This document shows positions 10,256 to 17,011 of a stretch of 64,000 nt of DNA, piece by piece. How positions within the stretch are numbered: position 1 is the first letter of the stretch; each line of letters opens with the position of its first letter. This stretch comes from a virus (Duplodnaviria > Caudoviricetes), in IMG/VR virus record IMGVR_UViG_2563366756_000009, positions 23,904 to 87,903 of that record. The stretch is one strand, 5' to 3'. The position numbers and the translations under genes were made by a program. The notes below the pieces were generated by a model that had not been told where the DNA came from, made no database searches, and was given only the letters and a program-made list of their open reading frames with translations.

Positions 10256-11272
10256 ATGCAACGTATTGATACGCCTGACGGCCATTTCCATGCGGGCGAT
10301 CCGTCGGCAGGCGTCAAAGGCAGCGTCGTCACACGGGACTACATGGAGGCCGTGCAGGAAGAACTTGCCGCCATCCCTGAGAGTGTCGGCATCAAGCTGG
10401 ACAAGGGGGACAACAAGCAGATCCTGAAGGCAATTCAGAAGATGCTCGCTAGTGCGGTGGGTGGTCACGCGACGTCGGACGATGTCCAGAAGCTGATCGC
10501 CAAGGCCGTAGAGCCATACCTCCCCAAATCCGAGGCCGACTTCGCCAAAAAAGCGGGCGACGCCGCACAGACGTTTCAGGTAGCCGATGCGACCGAAGAT
10601 GGGCATGCGTTAAACCGCCGATCGGCGAATGGCCTGTATGCCAAGAAGGGCGAGGCAGGCGCTTCCACCTGGGATGGTGTCACAGGCAAGCCTACCACGC
10701 TCGATGGCTACGGCATCAAGGGCGAAGCCGATGGCCGCTATCTCGCCAAAGACTCGATGGCGATCACGCGCTTACAGACGTCGAATGTGACCTCCAGCGT
10801 GTCATCGATCGATTTCTCGAATCTGTCCGACGACTATGCGCAGTACATCGTAGAAATCTGCGACTTGTCCACGGACACGATGGGGGCGGAGCTGTGGCTA
10901 CGCTTATCTGAAGGGGGAAGCTGGCGCTCCTCATCCTACATAAGCACCTGGGCCTACAACAACCAGGCGCGCACGGGGGCCGCGCCGGGCAATGCTGGAG
11001 GTGACCACATCCAAATCCTGAACGGTATGCATGCCGGTAACGGACTCGGTGTGGCCGGGCGCATCGTGATCTACAGCCCGCATAGCGGCTCTGCGTTCAA
11101 GCGCCTCACCTGGGATATGCAGAACCACAACGCGGACTCGGGCGTGGGAACTGTCGCGCGCTACTACGGCGCAGGAGCGCTTGAGAGCCAACGGTCCATC
11201 GACGGCATCCGTCTGCAACTCTCAAGCGGCAGCATCGTCAACGCGACCGTCAAGCTTTATGGAGTGAATTGA
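10256..11272 (+). CDS. Tail fibre protein
   Basis: Mu gpS-type N-terminus (MQRIDT..VQEEL..LDKGDNKQILKAI), KPTTLDGYGI fibre repeat, beta-rich tip. Confidence 0.85.
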   Translation: MQRIDTPDGHFHAGDPSAGVKGSVVTRDYMEAVQEELAAIPESVGIKLDKGDNKQILKAIQKMLASAVGGHATSDDVQKLIAKAVEPYLPKSEADFAKKAGDAAQTFQVADATEDGHALNRRSANGLYAKKGEAGASTWDGVTGKPTTLDGYGIKGEADGRYLAKDSMAITRLQTSNVTSSVSSIDFSNLSDDYAQYIVEICDLSTDTMGAELWLRLSEGGSWRSSSYISTWAYNNQARTGAAPGNAGGDHIQILNGMHAGNGLGVAGRIVIYSPHSGSAFKRLTWDMQNHNADSGVGTVARYYGAGALESQRSIDGIRLQLSSGSIVNATVKLYGVN

Positions 11273-11273
11273 T

Positions 11274-11729
11274 ATGAAACGTCTTGTAAATGGTGTCGAG
11301 ATCGACATTCCTGCCGACGAACTCGCGGCGTTGGCCGCCGAGCAACTGGCGGGGGCGAAATCCGCTCGTATCGCCTGGCTGAACAGTGACTGCGCGCAAG
11401 CCATTGTTTCGGGTTTTCAGTCGAGCGCGCTGGGCGAGCCGCATACCTATCCGTCGCACCCTACCGACCAGCAGAACCTGAGCGCGGCCGTGACCGCTTC
11501 GCAGTTGCCAGTGTTCAGTGCCAACAAAGACTGGCGCGTGCCATTCCCGTGCGCGGATGCCCAGCACGTCTGGGCACGTCGAGAGCACACGGCCGCGCAG
11601 ATTCAGCAGGTGGGCATGGATGCTTTTGCGGCGGTCGCGGCGCGGTTGCAGCAAAAAGACGCGCTTGTGTTGAAAGTCCAGGTCGCGAAGACGGAAAAGG
11701 AAGTCGCGGCGATTGTGTGGCCTGCGTGA
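11274..11729 (+). CDS. Tail fibre assembly protein, DUF4376-like
   Basis: GFQSSALGEPHTYPSHPTDQQNL..HTAAQIQQVG..VAAIVW. Confidence 0.8.
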   Translation: MKRLVNGVEIDIPADELAALAAEQLAGAKSARIAWLNSDCAQAIVSGFQSSALGEPHTYPSHPTDQQNLSAAVTASQLPVFSANKDWRVPFPCADAQHVWARREHTAAQIQQVGMDAFAAVAARLQQKDALVLKVQVAKTEKEVAAIVWPA

Positions 11730-11812
11730 TGCGCGGGCCGCAGGCACAGCCGCCTCGCTTGCGCCCCCCGTCGCAGATCACCGATATCTCGTGTCCCGCT
11801 AGAAATAGAAAT

Positions 11813-12184
11813 ATGTTGACAACTTCTACCGTTGCATTTGTTGCCGCTGGTGCGGCCAGCGGCGCAACACTCGCGGCCATTTGGCCGCAAGCCGATCTGG
11901 TAGTGCTCAGCGGTGTGCTGTGTGGCGCGCTGATTTTTGCACTACGCAGCCAGGAAACGTCGCGCCTCAAAAAGATCTTGTACTTCTGCGTCTCGCTGGT
12001 GGGCGGCTACGCCGTGACGCCGAGTCTTGAAGTGGCTGCACCGTGGCTGCCTGCGTGGCCGGCCGCATTCTTTTCGTCCGCGTTGGTGGTAACGCTGGCT
12101 ATGGTTCTACTCAGTTGGGTGGAGACGGCATTGCCGCAAGCCCTGACCCAACTGCTTAACAAGATGATTGGAGGTGGTAAATGA
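11813..12184 (+). CDS. Putative holin (multi-TM)
   Basis: 123 aa with 3-4 hydrophobic segments upstream of endolysin. Confidence 0.65.
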   Translation: MLTTSTVAFVAAGAASGATLAAIWPQADLVVLSGVLCGALIFALRSQETSRLKKILYFCVSLVGGYAVTPSLEVAAPWLPAWPAAFFSSALVVTLAMVLLSWVETALPQALTQLLNKMIGGGK

Positions 12185-12510
12185 CGAGGCTCGTTGCGCA
12201 TTTTCATGCGGCCGGGGTGCTGGACTTCTGGATGCTGGTGGCGACAGGCGTGATGGCTACGGCCATTTTCCTGCTGGTGGTGTTTGGCCCGCCAGCGGGC
12301 AAGCAGACGCCCGCGCTCTCGCACCGGCTCGCCCGTTACGTGCTGGCGAGTTCCTTCGGGGTATTGGCGCTGCGTGTCTGGGTGGGCTGGTTCAACACCC
12401 CGGTGGAGCCTGCCAACGTGGTGATTCTTGTGCTGGCGCTGTGGGTGATCTGGCGTTGCCGAGGGGATGTGTCCGTGCTGCTGACGGCGGTGCGGCAGGC
12501 GGGACGATAA
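12181..12510 (+). CDS. Lysis-cassette membrane protein (holin or antiholin)
   Basis: 109 aa, about 3 TM, coupled between putative holin and endolysin. Confidence 0.55.
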   Translation: MTRLVAHFHAAGVLDFWMLVATGVMATAIFLLVVFGPPAGKQTPALSHRLARYVLASSFGVLALRVWVGWFNTPVEPANVVILVLALWVIWRCRGDVSVLLTAVRQAGR

Positions 12511-12520
12511 GGGACAAACG

Positions 12521-12940
12521 ATGAGCAACTACGACGCATCAGCACTGAAAGCCGAGTTGACCTGCGACGAAGGCTATCGGCTGCGCTTGTATGTCGATAC
12601 GGTGGGAAAGGTTTCTGGCGGGATCGGGCGCAACCTGACCGACAAGGGCCTTCGCCCTGACGAGGTCGATCTGATGTATGCGAACGATATTTCGGAAGCC
12701 GAGGCGTGGCTCGATCACAACCTGCCATGGTGGCAGTCGCTTGATCCGGTGCGTCAGCGCGTGCTGATGAACATGGCGTTCAACCTGCAGGGCAGGCTGT
12801 TGGAGTTCCGAAATTTCCTGGCGTCCGTGGAGCGTCACGACTGGCCGGTGGCGAAGCGGGAAATGCTGGATAGCCGGTGGGCGCAAGAGGTAGGCGCACG
12901 CGCCACACGCCTGGCGTCGATGATGGAGACGGGCGTATGA
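12521..12940 (+). CDS. Endolysin, T4-lysozyme-like fold
   Basis: DEGYRLRLYVDTVGK.SGGIGRNL, MAFNL, EMLDSRWA.EVGARATRL. Confidence 0.9.
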   Translation: MSNYDASALKAELTCDEGYRLRLYVDTVGKVSGGIGRNLTDKGLRPDEVDLMYANDISEAEAWLDHNLPWWQSLDPVRQRVLMNMAFNLQGRLLEFRNFLASVERHDWPVAKREMLDSRWAQEVGARATRLASMMETGV

Positions 12941-13416
12941 CTTGGCTCAGTCCCCGTGTGTGGGGCGTATGTCTCCTGGCCGTCTCGCTCGGCATTGCCG
13001 GTGGTTACTGGAAGGGGCACCGGGACGCCGATCAATCGGCCAAGGTGGCGATGCTTGAGAAGACCGCCAAGGAACTCGCCGCAGAGCGAGACGAATACCG
13101 TGAACGTGTACAAACCCAAGCAGGAATTACCAATGACGCGAAACAATCCGCTGACAAAGCGCGCGACGACGCTCGCGCTGCTACTGCCGCTTCTGACCAG
13201 TTGCGCCGCCGAGTTGCCGAACTCGTCACCGTCGCGCGCCATTCCACCGCTGCCGACGGAAGCGCGCCAGCCGCAGACCCCATCGGAGTGCTTGCCGACG
13301 TGCTCGGCCGCGCTGATGAACGAGCGGGGAAACTGGCGGAATTCGCTGACGCTGCCCACATCGCAGGGCTTGCCTGTGAGCGAAGCTATGACGCGCTAAA
13401 TGCCGGGATGCGTTGA
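12937..13416 (+). CDS. i-spanin (Rz-like, DUF2514)
   Basis: N-terminal TM, coiled coil, VLADVLGRAD..AEFADAAHIAGLACERSYDAL. Confidence 0.85.
   Translation: MTWLSPRVWGVCLLAVSLGIAGGYWKGHRDADQSAKVAMLEKTAKELAAERDEYRERVQTQAGITNDAKQSADKARDDARAATAASDQLRRRVAELVTVARHSTAADGSAPAADPIGVLADVLGRADERAGKLAEFADAAHIAGLACERSYDALNAGMR
13133..13399 (+). CDS. o-spanin lipoprotein (Rz1-like) embedded in +1 frame of Rz
   Basis: MTRNNPLTKRATTLALLLPLLTSC lipobox, Pro-rich mature part with two further Cys. Confidence 0.8.
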   Translation: MTRNNPLTKRATTLALLLPLLTSCAAELPNSSPSRAIPPLPTEARQPQTPSECLPTCSAALMNERGNWRNSLTLPTSQGLPVSEAMTR

Positions 13417-13619
13417 CGCCAGGGCGTCGTAACTGCGGGGCGCTGTGAGAAAAGACCCATCCGGACCAAACGTGATCCGGATGGAGGGCGTTGAGCATCC
13501 CCCCAGACACTCGCGGCCAATACGCCGGGAGGCAAGGCGTGGTACGTTGGGCATTGCGATCCATATCCCACGAAAGAATCGCCCCAAATTCTCGTTTTTT
13601 TGGGACGGGTCTTCTCACG

Positions 13620-13648
13620 AAAAAAAGCCCGTACCGGGGGGTACGGGC
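13620..13648 (-). terminator. Rho-independent terminator, minus strand
   Basis: 9-bp stem GCCCGTACC/GGTACGGGC with A7 run on the plus strand. Confidence 0.65.
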
Positions 13649-13971
13649 CCCGAAATTCTCCCCCGTCGGGGGTGGCGAGGGGAGAAGACCCAGCGCGAGT
13701 ATCAGACGTCCCGAACAAAAATTGAATGGGGCTTGGCCCATCTGTCGGCATTGCTGCGAGGGGGCGTCGCCGAAATCTGTAGAGGGTCTTTGGTAAGGCA
13801 AGTGTTGATAGCGGCCGCTGCCGTGGTGGTGACAATTTTCGGATCACGCCCATATGCTTCCTTTGCGTCCAAGTGGCAGTCTGCGTTGAGGTGGTGAGCC
13901 TAATAGGTGAGATTGCGTGGCTTTGCTACCGGACATGTGGGATTGACTCTTATTGGATTGAAGGAGTGTTT

Positions 13972-14379
13972 ATGTCTGATCGTCCGGACGCTGCGCTCGG
14001 CGTGGCGTTGGTGGGGGCTTTAATCGTTGCAGCCTATTTGTATTCCGTCTCCAAGCTCCTTGGAGCTGATTTCAAGACGACCGCCAACGCGGTTGGATAT
14101 TCGGCCATAGTCCTGGGGCTGACTGGCGGCTGCCTGTATTTTCTAGGATTCGAATGGCTGGGGCCTTGTTCTGTCGCTGGTCTCGCATTCCTCTGGCCTG
14201 GGTGGTGGCCTGTTTTGCGGAGCATCGCGGCGGGAGGCCGGTCACCGGATGAATATCCGTGGTCAATGTCTGAGGCTTGGTACACAAATGACCTATTTCT
14301 GAAGGGGAGCGAGGCGGTGATAGTTATCGTCTTGGCATGGTTGCTGTACCGAGTATGGAATCTGCGCTTCCGATATTGA
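13972..14379 (+). CDS. Moron-like membrane protein (3-4 TM)
   Basis: AAGGAG RBS, 135 aa, strongly hydrophobic, lower GC. Confidence 0.7.
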   Translation: MSDRPDAALGVALVGALIVAAYLYSVSKLLGADFKTTANAVGYSAIVLGLTGGCLYFLGFEWLGPCSVAGLAFLWPGWWPVLRSIAAGGRSPDEYPWSMSEAWYTNDLFLKGSEAVIVIVLAWLLYRVWNLRFRY

Positions 14380-14549
14380 GGAGTTCGCTCCGTTTTTGTT
14401 ATTTTTCTTTTGAGGGCTTGCGATGAGGAGGCCCTCATCAACTGTTCCTGGTGGATGTGCGGTCGAGTGGCCTAGGATGTCGACGTGTAAAATTGGCGTC
14501 GGGCTGCCGTCCATGAAGTGAATTCATCCCTACACGTATCCACCAATCC

Positions 14550-14625
14550 GGGACGTTAGCTCAGTGGATAGAGCAACAGCCTTCTAAGCTGTCGGTCGCT
14601 GGTTCGATTCCAGCACGTCTCGCCA
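14550..14625 (+). tRNA. tRNA-Arg(UCU)
   Basis: Full cloverleaf: GGGACGT/ACGTCTC acceptor, ACAGC-CTTCTAA-GCTGT anticodon arm, TTCGA loop, CCA. Confidence 0.95.
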
Positions 14626-14626
14626 C

Positions 14627-14705
14627 GGGCCTCTAGCTCATGCTTGGTTAGAGCAGCGAACTCATAATTCGTTGGTGCCGCGTTCGACTCGCGGGAGGCC
14701 CACCA
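14627..14705 (+). tRNA. tRNA(CAU), most likely Ile2 (lysidine, reads AUA)
   Basis: Full cloverleaf, anticodon CAT, C4:G69 and C5:G68 TilS determinants, G1:C72 pair so not initiator. Confidence 0.85.
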
Positions 14706-14706
14706 A

Positions 14707-14797
14707 ACCCGAGTGGTAAAATTGGTAGACACAGCAGACTTAAAATCTGCTGCGCCTTTCTCGGCGCGTGCCGTTTCGAGCCCGGTCTCGGGTACCA
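14707..14797 (+). tRNA. tRNA-Leu(UAA), type II, with two stem mismatches (possibly degenerate)
   Basis: ACCCGAG/CTCGGGT acceptor, GCAGA-CTTAAAA-TCTGC, long variable arm; A12-C23 and T53-C61 mismatches. Confidence 0.8.
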
Positions 14798-15183
14798 ATT
14801 CAAGCATTGAACATGCGAATAGGACGATTTCGCGCAGTGTCAAAACTCGTGCGAATCGGTGTCAAATCGCGCGCCACGCTACAGTTGATGGCTGAGTGAA
14901 CTCCATTCAGCATTACACCACGTTGCGCAGTACCTCTTGACACGCGTCAAGGAAGCGCCGAAGGGAGCACATTTACAGTGTCGGGATTGAATGGACAGCG
15001 TGCCGAAAGGGCTCGGATCTCTGCCCGGAAGCGGGCACCGACAAAGCCGATAGGAGGGGGTATTCGTGCCGCGCAGCTACAACTCGGTCACAAGTCTTTG
15101 CCGATGACTGCGGATTGCGTGCGTGCGGGAAGGAAAGGGCGATCGCGTTGCCCCGGCAAACTAAGTTTTTGCGGAGCGAAAGG

Positions 15184-15210
15184 AAAAGGGCCTGCATCTC
15201 TGCAAGCCCC
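15184..15210 (-). terminator. Terminator downstream of tRNA-Lys 3' fragment
   Basis: GGGCTTGCA-GAGA-TGCAGGCCC followed by T run on the minus strand. Confidence 0.65.
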
Positions 15211-15221
15211 TTGAATTCGTT

Positions 15222-15268
15222 TGGTAGGCCGTGCGGGATTCGAACCTGCGACCAACGGATTAAAAGTC
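15222..15268 (-). other. att core: 3' portion of tRNA-Lys(UUU), anticodon loop to CCA
   Basis: Minus strand GACTTTTAATCCGTTGGTCGCAGGTTCGAATCCCGCACGGCCTACCA; D arm and 5' acceptor strand absent; adjacent to integrase. Confidence 0.9.
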
Positions 15269-15315
15269 ACCTGCACGTGTATGTAAACACAGTTAATTTT
15301 CATGCGCTTACGTAA

Positions 15316-15328
15316 AATCAATGACTTA
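15316..15328 (+). promoter_or_regulatory. IHF-binding site in att arm
   Basis: AATCAATGACTTA matches WATCAAN4TTR, flanked by TTTCATGC/GCATGAAA inverted repeat. Confidence 0.6.
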
Positions 15329-15394
15329 GCGAAGCATGAAATACTGTGTATACCGACAGTAAAGTGTCTCGGAAGGCAGAAAAACCCACACCTT

Positions 15395-16384
15395 TTACCG
15401 CTTGCCGATCTTGTCCACGGCGGCGCTAAGTCGATCCGTTACGAGGTGGCTATAGCGCTTCGTGGAGACCATCGACTTGTGTCCTAGAACTGCGCCCACA
15501 GTGTACAGGTCCACCCCTGCATTAATCATCTCCGACGCAGCTCCGTGCCGAAGGTCGTGAAATCGGACGTTCGGCAGTCCGGCGGCTATGCGCGCACGAT
15601 CCCACACGTCGGAGAAGTGCACGTCGCTGATTGTGAACTTCACGCGCCGGGCCCAGACGGCTACCTTGCGATGGATGGGAACAATGCGAGGCGTGCCGTT
15701 CTTTGTGTCTGCCAGGGAGAAGCCTTTCTTCGTGACTTTTGCGCGTAGGATCTCCGATCGTCTCATTCCTGAATAGAAGGCGATCAGGATGGCGGCGCGA
15801 ACTTCTCGGTTCTTGCACGCGCGCGCTATCCGCAGCATTTCTGCCCGCTGAGGATAAGCATGCCGCTCATTGTTGACGGCCGGGAATACCATCCGCTTCG
15901 TGTTGTCGTGCTCGATCTTCCCGATCTTGTGCATGTACTTCACTGCCGCGCGGATATAGGCAAGGATGTTCCGGATCGACGCGTCGGTGAGGGGGCGCTT
16001 CGGATCTCCGTCATGATCGCGACTCGCGCGCAGGTACCCGACGAATTTCACCGACCACTCGTGCAGGTCATCGGCTGGCGAGTCGTCGTACTCGGCGCGC
16101 CATTTCTCCAAGATCCGCACGCGGGCCTCGGCGTCCTTCCATTCGCCTTGCTTGTCGGTAATGTGCTTTCGAACACATTCACCGATCGTCACGACGGGCT
16201 TACGCGCGCCGGTGGCTATGGCGTAGACTTCTGCCTCCCACTCGCGCGCTATTTTGTCCGCTTCGGCCGCAGTAACTCCAGCAGGGAGGAGTTTTGTTTT
16301 GCGGATACGCTCGCCCTCGATGACGCGCTCGAACGTCCAGCGGAAACGCTTCTTACCGGATTTTGCAATGGTTTCGATCGGCAT
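15395..16384 (-). CDS. int: Tyrosine integrase
   Basis: Catalytic R (SGMRRSE), K (TKNG), HxxR (FHDLRH), LGH, Y (TKRYSH); start MPIETIAK. Confidence 0.95.
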   Translation of the reverse strand: MPIETIAKSGKKRFRWTFERVIEGERIRKTKLLPAGVTAAEADKIAREWEAEVYAIATGARKPVVTIGECVRKHITDKQGEWKDAEARVRILEKWRAEYDDSPADDLHEWSVKFVGYLRASRDHDGDPKRPLTDASIRNILAYIRAAVKYMHKIGKIEHDNTKRMVFPAVNNERHAYPQRAEMLRIARACKNREVRAAILIAFYSGMRRSEILRAKVTKKGFSLADTKNGTPRIVPIHRKVAVWARRVKFTISDVHFSDVWDRARIAAGLPNVRFHDLRHGAASEMINAGVDLYTVGAVLGHKSMVSTKRYSHLVTDRLSAAVDKIGKR

Positions 16385-16545
16385 GATTCGAGATATCTGT
16401 ACAGTGAGTCGATGTCGTATACGTGTGTTTTGCGGGTCAGTTTGAACCGCTGAATCGTGCGGCCCTCGGTGTCCAGCCGGCAGACGAAAGCTACCGGTAC
16501 CCCTAGGATTGCCGCGGCTTCGGCCACAGGAACGAGTTTTCCCAT
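16249..16545 (-). CDS. Excisionase-like HTH protein overlapping int 5' end
   Basis: LVPVAEAAAILGVP winged-helix start, GGAGG RBS, position upstream of int. Confidence 0.75.
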   Translation of the reverse strand: MGKLVPVAEAAAILGVPVAFVCRLDTEGRTIQRFKLTRKTHVYDIDSLYRYLESCRSKPLQNPVRSVSAGRSSASSRASVSAKQNSSLLELLRPKRTK

Positions 16546-16806
16546 GTTCCAATCCTCCAATCTCTCGCGGTCGCCCGCAAAGTCTGCCTCAGAATGCAAA
16601 CGGGGACGCGCTAACAAGGGCGTCCCCGCTTTCCAGTCATCAAATCAAGCACCAACGGCGGCGCTCACGTCTAAATTCCCCAATCTCTCGCGGTGACCCG
16701 CAGAATCTCTTTCAGTGCTTCGGCCGTGTCGGCCAAAAATTCTCTGCCGTTCTTGGGGCATAAAGCGAAGTCGTGACACGACACTAGGCATTCACCAGTA
16801 GCCTTT

Positions 16807-17010
16807 GTGGAGAAGCCTGATATGTCGTATTTGGCCCCGATTTTCGTCAATGCAAAGTTGTTCAAATTTGAGTCAATCGAAAAGAAGGTGGAGGCAGAAG
16901 CTTGGGTCCGTGCCCGGCCACGTCCTATCGACTTAGCGGAATTCCTACGCGAGTTTCCTGACGCCTCTCCCAAAGGCGAGTTGAGGCCCGGCGGCGGAAT
17001 CTCGGCGTAG
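16807..17010 (+). CDS. Small counter-oriented hypothetical protein
   Basis: 67 aa ORF whose TAG abuts the methyltransferase stop; start uncertain. Confidence 0.35.
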   Translation: MEKPDMSYLAPIFVNAKLFKFESIEKKVEAEAWVRARPRPIDLAEFLREFPDASPKGELRPGGGISA

Positions 17011-17011
17011 G

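Larger units (their letters stand above)
1..15221 (+). mobile_element. Prophage 1, late region (Mu-type contractile tail, lysis cassette, moron, tRNA trio); continues left of window
   Basis: Contiguous co-oriented tail, baseplate, fibre and lysis genes ending at the tRNA-Lys 3' fragment. Confidence 0.9.

Noticed and set aside
10256-11272. Diversity-generating retroelement or invertible fibre system
   Set aside because: No reverse transcriptase, template repeat, invertase or inverted fibre cassette in the window.
1-13416. Transposable Mu-like phage
   Set aside because: Only the tail is Mu-type. Lysis genes follow the fibre, there is no gin/com/mom, and the end lies at a tRNA att site.
13445-13732. 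Retron msr-msd
   Set aside because: Nested inverted repeats are present but no reverse transcriptase is nearby; kept only as a generic structured-RNA candidate.
14627-14705. tRNA-Met or tRNA-fMet call
   Set aside because: G1:C72 is paired and the anticodon stem lacks the three consecutive G:C pairs, so it is not an initiator; C4:G69/C5:G68 favour Ile2. Elongator Met is not fully excluded.
15222-15300. Functional tRNA-Lys gene
   Set aside because: Sequence 5' of the anticodon loop does not form an anticodon stem, D arm or acceptor; it is an att duplicate.
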